DNA from: Azolla caroliniana | Taxonomy: Eukaryota > Plantae > Polypodiophyta | Direction: 5' to 3' | DNA length: 64,000 nucleotides | Assembly (NCBI GenBank): GCA_043228905.1 | Contig: JBHGNT010000001.1 | Span: 10,850,001-10,914,000 of the forward strand | Part shown: piece after piece, positions 12,693 through 24,162 of the stretch | Numbering within the stretch: the stretch's first letter is position 1 | Layout of the letters: each line of letters opens with the position of its first letter | Made by a program: the position numbers and the translations under genes | The notes under the pieces: model-generated | What the model saw: only the letters and a program-made list of their open reading frames with translations | Databases searched by the model: none | What the model was told of the DNA's origin: nothing

Positions 12693-12725
12693 GCTGGCTG
12701 ATGAGTATTGGGAATCAATCGACAC

Positions 12726-13022
12726 TGTCATGATATGGCAAGACTCGAACTTGTGACCTTATGTTACATAAGTCAAGCTCTTGACCATTAAACTATATGT
12801 TATAATACAAAAAATATTATTTTCATTTAAGTTTTACTATAGAAAATTGATGTATATTCTAGATTTCTCTAGAACATTCTAGAAACTTCAGGAGTACTCT
12901 TGAGAACACTATAAAAGGAGGCACAAGGCATTATTTCGAACCAAATCGGTTCAACGCCAGTCTTAAGCCTCCTAGCTACTATTGTATATTCTCTTAACAT
13001 AATATATATCTTTTATTATCAT

Positions 13023-13078
<56 letters not shown>

Positions 13079-13845
13079 TTCTCTCGAGAGTTCTACACCT
13101 CCCTTAGTACTAATCCTCATCTTTTAGTACTAATTCCTTCTCTGTCTTAGTACTGTTCCTGACAGTTTGAATTGATTTTTGTCTCCTCCCTTCTCTTCCT
13201 TTATCTTCTTACTTCTCCCTCCCTTCATTCTAATCTCTTCTTCCTCTTTTCTCTCATACTATGGCCACTGTTAGCGCTCAAGAATATCAATCTATTTTTT
13301 CGGAGTTGCAATGCTTGAAAGAGAAGTTTCTCGCATTGGAACAAGAAAATCAACGACTATTGAGGGAGCTTCAACAAATCTCCTTAGAGAAGCAACAAAC
13401 ACAACAACAACATGGGGAACTAGCATTACGCATGCAACAGCTCAAAGCAACCATAGTCGCAATGCAACAACAAGGACCCAATACGCAAGGGGTTCATAAA
13501 GAACCCAAGATCGACCTTCCCATGAAATTTGATGGAACGCGATCGCAGTTTAGAGGATTCCTTAATCATGTACAATTCGTCATTCAAATGCATCCTTCCC
13601 GATATCCCACCGATGCATCACGAGTGGGTTTAGTAGGCACGTTATTAAGTGGCTTAGCTTTAGCATGGTTCACTTCGTTGTTAGAAAAGTATCTCCTTTA
13701 CTAAACAATTTTGAAGAGTTTTTAAGTGAGTTTAAAGCCTGTTTTGGAGATACTAACAGCATAAGGACAACAATCAACAAATCCGATGATTACATCAAGG
13801 TGATCATCCAACCTCCGCATACACTGTAGATTTCCGCCTACTCGC
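12726..13845 (+). mobile_element. Ty3/gypsy chromovirus (Tcn1/Tf1/sushi-like): 5' LTR 12726-13164, PBS, gag
   Basis: LTR TGTCA...TGACA with TATAAAA at 12910. Gag ORF from 13261 has a coiled coil then EPKIDLPMKFDGTRSQFRGFL..YPTDASRVGLVGTLLSGLALAWF (PEG10/sushi-type capsid); frameshifted near 13690. Confidence 0.9.
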
Positions 13846-14566
13846 CAAAAGGTACGAGGAAGGAGATTTCTTGATTCTCTTGCTATATGTTGATGATATG
13901 TTGATAGTCGGTCAAGACACAAGGAAGATTGGAAGCTTGAAGAAAGCTCTCGGCAAATCATTTGCCATGAAAGACCTTGGACCGGCAAAGCAAATCCTAG
14001 GAATGCACATAACCCAAGACAAAGCTCGAAAGGTGCTATGGTTGTCATAGCAGAAGTATGTGACGAATATCCTAGAGAGGTTCAACATGTCGAATGCAAA
14101 GCCAGTCGGCTCCGTGTTGCCGACAAACTGCAGATTAAATGTGAAGCAGTGTCCGAAGGGACAGAAGGAGAAGGCTGAGATGAGGAAGGTACCATATGCC
14201 TCAACCGTCGGTAGTCTAATGTATGCTATGGTTTGTACGAGACCGGACATAACATTTGTTGTGGGAGCAGTAAGCCGATATATGAGTAATCCAGGGAGAG
14301 AACACTGGGCAGCGGTGAAGTGGATACTCAGGTACTTGAAAGGCACCTCGGAGCTGTGCCTAAGGTATGGTGTCGGAAAACCTGTGCTAGAAGGTTTTAC
14401 CGATTCAGACATGTCAGGAGATGTCGACTCGAGCCAATCCACGTCAAGGTACGTGATGACCTATGCAGGGGGAGCAGTGTCGTGGCAGTCACGACTGCAG
14501 AAGTCTGTAGCCTTGTCAACTACAGAGGCAAAGTATATGGCAGCGGTAGAAGCCAGAAAAGAGTTG
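13846..14566 (+). mobile_element. Ty1/copia RT-RNase H fragment (same family as 1-995)
   Basis: LLYVDDMLIVG, VPYASTVGSLMYAMVCTRPDI, GFTDSDMSGD, SWQSRLQKSVALSTTEA. Confidence 0.95.
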
Positions 14567-14589
14567 TCAACTAGCTATGTGGCAAGGGG

Positions 14590-14820
14590 TACTAATGGTG
14601 AATGGTTAGTTTTTCAAGCCCCATAGTCAACATTGAGCCTCAAGATTCCATCTTTCCTTTTGACAAATAAGATAGGGGGGGCAAGAATACACTTTGGAGT
14701 GATGGATGAAGCCTTTCGCCAAGTTGTTACTAACTTGGTTCTTAAGTGTCGAGCTTCAACTCAAGATGACTATAGATTGGCCTAGAAGGGAATAGGGCCC
14801 TGGATGCTAGATCAATAGCT
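14590..14820 (-). mobile_element. Degenerate Ty3/gypsy RT start
   Basis: Minus strand reads NLAKGFI...PPILFVKRKDGILRLNVDY. Confidence 0.7.
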
Positions 14821-17405
14821 TGGGTAATCTAACTAAATTTACTTTGTTGGGAGTGCGGAAGGTGAACAATGTTATAGACAAGTGGACATCAATATTGCAG
14901 TAGAAAAGTATTATAGATCATATTGATGTTGAGAAAAGAATAAGATATTGAGGAGCTTAGTAGCTTCTTCATTTGCATTCAACTCCCCCCTATCTACCAC
15001 TATCTTTCCCACGCATCCGTGCTAGTAGATGACATCTTCGAGCAAGAACTTGCATGTACCCATGTTGTCGTTTTGTTTCTCAAAGCTCATGTTTAAGGAC
15101 ATCCGACACTAAAGAATGCATCAACCAAGGAGATTGCAAAAAAGAGGTTGGCTTCAACTCAAATTTAATTTTAGAGGAATGAGGTCGAACGAGACCAACG
15201 GATCGGCCAAGCTAGCCTTCCACATCCAACAAGAGGTGCAATCAATTCATCATTGGATGATCCCTCTCATCATATAGTGATGAGGAATCGTCACAATAGT
15301 GATCACATCTTATGTACATTAGTTTTTTTTCCCATAGTGCCCCATGAGCATCTTTGATGACAGATGGAAGAACCCAAGATACCAATATATGATAAATTTA
15401 CCTTAAGAAATTTACTACGATATAAAATGTTTGACATGCACAATCTACAGACTATTCATAGTGTACCACTAGATACATGGAATCTATCCAAGTTGTTTCG
15501 CCTAATCTAACATCCAATACAAGTGGAAGTGATCCTTTTATCCCACCAACCTGATGCATATTCTTCCTCCTTTTCATGGATAGTTCCTATTGTCATTTAC
15601 TTCCATCCCCATCAAATCGATGCATCCTCTAGAATGCACCTAAAACCGAGTGATTTGCCTTATTATCCAAAGTTGTTCCTCCAAATGTTTCCTAAAAAAA
15701 TAGTGATGATCCATTTCTCCCACTAACCTAATGCATGGTCACTTTCTTCAACTCTTCTTAATCGCCATCAGCATAATTCTTCATCTTCTAGTGTATAGTA
15801 TTACTACCCCGCACTAACACAATTCAAGAGATTGATTCCCATGATCCCTTACTCACTTTCTTGTATCTCAATTGTAAATGCGAAGCACTACCCTCTTGAT
15901 GAGATTTAGGGTCTAGAATCATTAGACCAGTTTAACATCTCGGTATCTTCTCTCGTGGGGCAAATCATTGAGGTCATCAAATGATACATAATGTTCCTAA
16001 TGTAGCAATGCATTACAAGACATTTAAGGGATTTATAATTCCCCCTCCAAGTGCCTCTCTTGTTAGGCTACTAGGAGATAATCCATGCTCCATATGTTTA
16101 TTGCCCATTGGTACACTATAATGTGTTATGTAACCTCTTCTTGGTTACTTCTTTTACAAGCTTTTTTATATTGATCTAGTGCTTCATACTCATTGCTTCA
16201 CAAGTTTATGAATTTCTATGGTAGCATTGCATGTGAGATAAAACTACTATATAATATATTGCATGAGACCATGTTTTATTTCTTGAACCAAATCAATGTC
16301 TTTTCTCTCGCCTAGTTTTAGACAGTTTCAGTTTTTTTACCCTAATGCATTAATTTGTATTGATATTTCTTTGGCTTAAACCATCCATCAATTGGGAAAG
16401 GTGATGATAGTGACAATTGTCCACGTGGGTGCAAAGTAGGTAGTACTAAGAACCAATTATGTGATGAAAAAGGACATGCTTATTATTAACAAGAATGATC
16501 ATATCAAGCTCAAAAAAACATTGATAATCAAATTTCAATAATGAAGTTAACCCGTAAGAGAACATGTCAATAACTCTCATTGACTAGACAAATGTCAAAT
16601 CATGTACAAAACGAACCAAATTTCTAATATAAGAGAACTATGGATAAGTGGAGTAGTATACAATAGGAAAGCAACGATTATTGCAATTATATAATACCAC
16701 TCCATAATTCGTAAACAAAGTGCTGCGACAAATCCCCTTCAAATATGCAACTTCTATGTGTTTGGGATTTCAATGTTCTTTCTTCCGACAACTGCAGATA
16801 CTTTCTTTGTGATAAGTGTTGTGCTCTTGTCTTGCATTTTCATTTGTATTTCCATGTGATAAGTGTTGTACTCTTCATTTTCATTTTCATTTGTATTTCC
16901 ATTTGCTCAGCTCAGAAAACTCAATGGATTTTCATCCATTCCTTTTCGGCTTCAATCTTGGGTCAATTTGCCTTTATTTATTCGCAAAAAGCCCCGACAT
17001 TGACGAACACATCGCAAAGGCTTCCATCACATTGACTACTCCCTGGGTAAATATAGAAAAAATGAAGTCAATATTTAGTCATTGATTGCGTAAGAACTCT
17101 ACTTCCGTAAGGTTTTTTTTGTCTGTTCGTAAATTTTAGGAGCTACAATGTGGAACTTCCCATTTTAGGATTCCCTTTTCTCTGTAACTGTAGGATGTTA
17201 ATAGTAGAACTTTCTATTTCAGTTTGTAACAAAAATCTATTTCTAACATTATGGGGCTTAAATTAAGAGGTGAAAAGAAGGCCTCCCTCTCCCTCCTAAT
17301 ACTATAAATATTTATTATTTACTTTAACATTGATTTCTTTTTAATTATTTATATTTCTTTCATGATGCTGCTATTAAATATATCTATTAAGTAGGGTATA
17401 GGTCC

Positions 17406-20074
17406 TTACAATTGAGATGAATCGGAAATTTTGTGATTTAGAAATAAGCAAACCACCCCACAATCATCCACATTTGATGTAGCATAACATTCCTTCCAAG
17501 CTTTATTCGCGGCATTGACTACTGCTTCCGCGGCTGACGATTGGTTGGGTGCTGATGCCACTATCTCAATGACTTCTTCATTGCTCAACGCATCCCATAC
17601 CTTAAATAAATAATAATAACATTTCGTATGGTTACAATGTAATTAGTCAATACGTCCCACACCTTATGGCAAACAATAGAGTTTTATATCTTAATTAGTT
17701 ATGAAAATTGGTTAACCATGTCTTAAGCAAAGAATAGTAGCATTTTCTATGTTTATAAATTTTTGGTCAACATGTCTCATACCTTAAAACAAACAATGAC
17801 AACACTTTTTGACTCATGATCATTGATCAACACATCAAGTCCCATGTAAACAGAAATATTTTCTATTTTGTATTCATGGCATGATAACAGTAAAACATTG
17901 CTCAATGAAACCCATATCATATAGGCAAACATGCAGTATTTTTTATGCTCACACCCCATGCCTCAGCCAAACAGAAGCATTTTCTCTATGTTATGATCAT
18001 CACAAAGCAGTTAAATGGATAGGAAAGACACTCACCCCATCAGTAGCAAGGACAACAAACATGTCATTCTCTGTAAGCCGCCGGTGTGTGAATTCAGGCT
18101 CTGATATCACGCCATACCTCTTGAGGCAAAAATCACCCAATACTCTTGACATGGCCAGGCCAGGTGCATTATGATGTGGAAGCCAAACTCTCTTGACTGA
18201 TGGTTCATGCCTTAGTGCACGAATTCGGCCATTGAAACGTGTGATCCTCTCAGCCTCACCTGATAAAAATAAAACAAAAGTGACAGTTAGAGATATGCTA
18301 ATTAAAGTGAACAGAAATTTTGACATTTTTTTCTCTTTGGGAGGGAGACATGCATTTTGGTAGTTAGCCTAATGGTTGAGTCATAATCGAAATGAATAGA
18401 GGCATATGAGACAAAACATATATACATGTGTATGTGTATGTGTCCTTGAAGACAAAAAAACGACATGATTCACAAGGTAAGAATAAATAGTGAGCGAGAA
18501 ACAAAGAGAACTCTTTTTCATACTTACTTGGTATATCTGGCTTCAAATCAACAGTGAGTTGTACAGCCATAAGAGAACCATCCTCCCCCACCGTTCCTAA
18601 AACAGCCCTTGAATCCCCGACATTTCCAAGAAGTAAATCATTTCCCTGATACCATCCAACGGACAGAGAAAACAATTCCCTAGAAATGAGATTTCTATAT
18701 TCACATTTTCCTCTTTTTATTGCCAATATTAAGAGGGGCAAGATGCATATTCTTATCAGAATTGACCGAAGTTTTCAAAATTTACCAGAATACCCCATGT
18801 TGTGAGTTTTGTACTACATAGGGGTATTCTCATAAATATACAAATACTTTAGCATTTTTCCCCAATGGCTATAAACGATGATAACAAAATATGTTATTAT
18901 TGCTATTACCAGCTTGACCATAGAGACAGCGGTGGTTCCACTAGAGAGACAATCAATACTCTTCGATATGGAGAGGTCATAATCCATGATCTCATATGCT
19001 TTGACAAAACAGTCTTTCCAAGCACTGATAAGATCCATTGATTCTTGCCGGAAAAATTTAGGACTAAGAGAACCATCTTCAGAATCATCTCCACTTGAGA
19101 TAAATGATTTAGAACCCTCATTATAGGAATACCAACAAGATTGCAATACTGCTGGTAGAGTTTCTCGAACATGTCTTGAAACAAAGTGACCGTGTGGACC
19201 ATGACCATCAAATACTCCACAGAAGATGGTGTCTTCAAGAGACGTAAAATTCTGCACAAAAAAAAACGTCTATCAGATACACAAATAAGAATAGTTTGGA
19301 CTTTTAGGTTCTTAAGGGAACTCTCACATTGCTCCAATCAGAATTAAAACTACATAACTAATGACAAACAACCTGAAAAGGTTCTTCTAAACAAAAAGAT
19401 AGTACAATGGTATCTCAGTGCCACGAGGCCTGGCAAATTAGTTAAATTTTCATTCCCTGTGACAAGACTACTTGTGTTTGAACATATAAATTGATGTGAA
19501 TGGAGAAAAAGAAATTGTAGGAACATAAATAACAAATAATCTAAATTGGATCTCTGCAAATCCAGTTGTTTCTTGTAATAAAGATACCCACATCCAGACA
19601 GATCTCGGAAACAAATGAATAAACATGTTTATGACCTGAACTTACATCAGGGCTTTCAATTTTGAGACTGTTTTAACTACCACATATACATACCTCAATT
19701 ATCACTATGGAATCTTGGTTGATCCCTTTCTCACCCTGCTTTGTAAAGAGAGACGCAATTTCTGTCGCTCCATTACAAGAGATTTGAGAGTATGTGTGAG
19801 GAACTATAGGTCGTGCAATGATACTTCTTCTTTCACTATCTCTCTCAAGATCTTGGTCTTTTTCTTTATCTTCAGCCCTTGTAGAAAGTGAAACGCTGTC
19901 ATCGCCATTGGAATCCTTGTATGTAGAGGAGTTTCCATCCCCATATTGATATTGTGCCAGACCACATTCAGACCAAGCATTGTTAAAAACCTCTACATGT
20001 TTTAGAGGTAGAGATTCCCAGTGGCTACAAAGAATCCTCCATGAGACCACAAGAAAACTCAAGCAATCTGTCAT
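17406..20074 (-). CDS. Protein phosphatase 2C (plant clade E/F-like), 5 exons
   Basis: Exons 20074-19694, 19251-18910, 18645-18528, 18259-18036, 17600-17406 with in-phase GT-AG junctions. Motifs KGINQD, FCGVFDGHGPHGH, SGTTAV, NVGDSRAVL, GLAMSRVLGD, LATDGVWD, DDCGVVCLF. Start codon uncertain. Confidence 0.93.
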
Positions 20075-21621
20075 CTCGATATATCAATAGCCCTCTTGAA
20101 AGGAATGAAAGAAGTGGCCTCAAAGAGTTGAAGATCTAATGATATTTCACAAAGAATGGAGGAGCTCAAAACAATTTAGAACACTCCCATGCTACGGAAT
20201 AGAGGGATTTTGGAATGCTTTAGAATCGTCTCACACCTTCTTTTCTAGAAACAGAGAAAGAACGCATTGACGAAACTAAAATGGAACCACTCAAAGAAAA
20301 AGCGAAGTTTGGTATTGAAAAGAATAGACAATCTTTATGCTTTTATAAACCTCTCCCATCCACGCTAGAAAGAACTCAAAAGGTAATTATATCTATATGC
20401 GGGGGATCTCGCGAAATGTCAATAACGCTTTATGTGGCAAAGAACACCGCCAACTCAATATGCATAAACAAAATGCAACACCTGAATGAAAAGAGATATG
20501 GTAAATAACAGCACAAATATCACTACAAGTAAAAGGAATATATGACGATTGAAGCAGAAAAAAGAGAAACCTTTGACGAGGCACAGAAATGTGGCTGAAA
20601 AACGTGAACAGATGAAATTGTGGTCGAAAATGCGGCCAGTTCAATCACATTAAATGTAAGGGAATATTAGGAACTTAGATTCCACAATTTCTCTACCTTT
20701 TTATGTGTTCCAACACAAAGCCTCAAAATATATATACAAGATTTGAAACAAAACAAAGAATAAAACGTTCAACTTTATATCAAAACAAGCAACGTTAATA
20801 AGCTAAAAATAGTGTACAATACCAAAAATTGGAGCAATCTATTATCCTCTTACATTCCAGATTTGCTAAAAATACTTGAATTACTGTAATGATTGAGTGT
20901 TGATGTGTTCTACATAGGAACCTCAAAAAGCATTTAAATGCATCAAAAGCTAAGCAACACTATGAAAAAATGGATCTTAGAAAGAGCTTAATGCTATGAA
21001 AAGCTATCGGAAGGATTAATCAATATTAACAAACGTCTACTATGCATTTAGATTCCAAATTTTCTCAAGAAATCAAATGGTTATAAATATTATGAGTCGA
21101 TGTGTTTCATACAAGAGCCTCAAAACACACTCAAATGTATTAAAAGCTATGCAGAAACGGGATAAACAAAACAAAAAAAAAGCTTCTTGACAACGATTTG
21201 ATGTTATGAAAAACTATTGGGGAGAATTTAATGCCAAGAAATGAGATGATCGATCAATTCAATGAAACCATAGTAATATTTATGGCGATCAAGACTGGCA
21301 AACAAACATATGCTGAATTAATGCAGGGTAAGCATCGCTTAAGGAGTTAAAAGGAAGAAGAAAATGGCATCATTGGAAAGGAAAATGAAATATCAGATAT
21401 TTGCAACGTGGTTTCCAAGAGACCATGGGAAAGGGGGAGGAGGAGGGGGATGAAGAGCTCGTATCAGAAGAAATATTTTCTTTCCTTCTCGCTTTTTTTT
21501 TTGTCTTTATTCCTGCTTTCTTCCTGAATCTCTGTAAGAAATCTCTTTCTCTCAAGGAACCCTCGCTTTTGCTCTCTCACCAAGAAACATAAAAACTCTC
21601 TTTCTGTCCCAGAAGAAGTCC

Positions 21622-21624
<3 letters not shown>

Positions 21625-21717
<93 letters not shown>

Positions 21718-21729
21718 TGTCTGTCTGTC

Positions 21730-21761
<32 letters not shown>

Positions 21762-21913
21762 ACACACACACACATGAAACCTCTTTCTTTTTATCTTAAA
21801 CAGAGGCATACTCCGTCTTACTCTTAGGTCGGTAAAGGAAGGACACTGTAATTACCTGTCGACATCATCGGAGAAAAACGAAGGAAGAGAAAAACAAAAT
21901 GACAGAGGGAGAG

Positions 21914-21955
<42 letters not shown>

Positions 21956-22286
21956 TCGCATACCTTTGTTTGATCTGCTCTGATGACGATGACGATGACG
22001 ATGACGATGAAGAAGAAGATGAAGGTGAGGATGACAACGAAGCAACGAAGCACAGGACACAGGAGACAGTCGCTCTCACACTCACCTCTGTATGCGTATC
22101 CGTATACGTATGCGTATGCGTATGCGTATCCGTATCTGTATGCGTATGTCTATGTCTATGATGTCTATGTCTATGTCTATGTCTATGTCTATGTCTATGT
22201 CTATGTCTATGTCTATGTCTATGTCTATGTATGTCTATGTCTATGTCTATGTCTATGTCTATGTATGTGTATTCTGTGCATGGGTA

Positions 22287-22341
<55 letters not shown>

Positions 22342-22372
22342 TCTGTGCATGGGTATGTGTATGTGTATGTGT
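21625..22372. repeat. Compound microsatellite cluster: (TC)n, (TCTG)n, (GA)n, (GATGAC)n, (TATGCG)n, (TATGTC)n, (TATGTG)n
   Basis: Directly visible arrays upstream of PP2C. Confidence 0.97.
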
Positions 22373-22755
22373 ATCACAAACCACCAAAAGTTTCTAGCTA
22401 GTCAGCCACCAAATGTTTGTAGCTACTCGACTTTGGCATGAATTCTATGAACCGACAACTTCGTAAATGTGTTGCATGCCCTTGGCTTGGGGTTATGCAA
22501 TGTTTGCTCGCTTGAAAATACACATCATTTTACAAGATGGCCGTAATGTCTATTGTGGTCCAAAGTTGTGAATATATATATGTGTATGTGTATCACAAAC
22601 CACCAAATGTTTCTAGCTAGCCGGCTTTGGTGTGAAATTCTATGATCCGACAACTTCATAAATATGTCGCATGCCTCGGCTTTAGGTTATGTAATGTTTG
22701 CTCGCTCCAAAATACACATCATTTTACAAGATGGCCATAATGTATATTGTGGTCC
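22362..22755. repeat. Diverged tandem duplication, ~200-bp unit
   Basis: gtatcacaaaccacc...ccgacaacttc...aaaatacacatcattttacaagatggcc...tattgtggtcc occurs twice. Confidence 0.85.
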
Positions 22756-22958
22756 ATGATTGTCGTCGTCAAGCTTTTAAAGTCGTGACTCAACACAATA
22801 TCGTCCAGATGAATCTTTTGCCGTTGATTTTCAACTTGAGCATTGACACTTTCTAGTTCACCGATGAGTCTTGTTTTCTTTTCCTTTTTCGTCGTTCTTA
22901 GCTCTAGCGTGATCTTTGCACGTTTCCTTAATGCTTCACTTAATCATTCGATGTTGTT

Positions 22959-23025
<67 letters not shown>

Positions 23026-23489
23026 TATCTCTCATTCTTATCATACATACATATATCACTTTATGTTATTGAAGTTAGTAATCGAAATAAATGATCCCTT
23101 TTCAATTATATGTCATGCAAATGTTTTTCTATACGTGTAACAATTCATAATATTCACAAGGTTCAATGGTCATGGCTAAAGTGAAACTTTGTCCTACTAG
23201 TACAACTGTCTAGTTGCACAAGGTTCTGTGCACTATCGTTATATTCATTCATTATCTTTACTTTTCTTTCTTTTCTTCAATTTTTCCGATTAAGGTGTTT
23301 ATAAATTGCTTTTATTTCTGATTCTTTATCCAAACAAGAGTTGGTGAACACATAATACATTGTGTTTTGCATATACTTGGCCTATTATTGCATATCCATT
23401 CTCAATGTCTAAAGAATAATGGTAATTCCTCCATGAAGATCTACATGCGATCAATTTTAACACGACACCTAGAAACATTGTTCACTCTT

Positions 23490-24162
23490 GGGACCAACCT
23501 CAAAGCAATGGTACAAGTATTGTGAAAAGTTGAGCACAATAGTATTGGTTTGAATCCTCAGGTTCTAAAACATGCAAGGTAGTGTCGTTGCTTTCAACCT
23601 TCTAATTTCTAGAAAGTGTAACAAAGTAAAATAGTTTTCAGCCACAACCATCGCTGTGATAAGTAAAATTGCGCTAAGCAATAAGATAGTGATATGTTCT
23701 CCCTTAGGACCACCCTGGAAGCAATGGCACTTGTTTTAACCATGTGGTCGTGAAAAGTGGAACACCCTACTATTGTTTTTAACCCTTGAGTTCTAAAACA
23801 TGAAAGATATTGCCACTGTTAACCCTCTAGTCTCTAGAAACTGTAATGAAGTGAAATTGTTTTTAGCCCCAACCTTGGAAGTATGATAAGTGCAATGCAA
23901 TGTGTTTGAACCTTAGTGTTTGTGGAAAGTAATTTGTAACGCCAAATTGTAAGCATTGGATTGATATTGGCAATGATAATACACATGTATAAAAATCAGA
24001 ATTGTATTTTAGCACTAAAAGTGTGATAAGTGCAATGCAATGAGTGGTAAGGTAGTGATATTATGCTTGAACCCTACTGTTTGTGAAAAGTAATTTGTAA
24101 AGCCAAATTGTAAGCATTGGATTGATATTGTGTATAAAAATCAGACTTTTATTTTGGCACTA
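23490..24162. repeat. Two nested diverged tandem duplications (~220-bp and ~140-bp units)
   Basis: ggacca.cct..aagcaatgg...ctagaaa.tgtaa at ~23490 and ~23708; tgataagtgcaatgcaatg...gccaaattgtaagcattggattgatattg at ~23885 and ~24024. Confidence 0.75.

Larger units (their letters stand above)
998..12703 (-). mobile_element. Large decayed DNA transposon with Sola-like (DUF7869-type) DDD transposase and RING cargo gene; ends approximate
   Basis: Bounded by the copia break at ~997 and the gypsy LTR at 12726. Ends are weakly similar in inverted orientation (cagcacgctacggtgtacc vs revcomp catcagccagctgtacc; both followed by ttagtactaaat.ga). Internal co-oriented minus-strand coding remnants. Confidence 0.55.

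Noticed and set aside
3344-13164. ~420-bp inverted repeats (3344-3760 and 12726-13164) as TIRs of the DNA transposon
   Set aside because: They are gypsy LTRs. One has its own 5-bp TSD and splits the transposase ORF; the other is followed by a PBS and gag.
1-14566. The two copia RT pieces as one element split by insertions
   Set aside because: They cover the same RT region and are clearly diverged, so they are separate copies.
21464-22441. ORFs with ER, MS, YV or CV runs
   Set aside because: They are translations of microsatellites.
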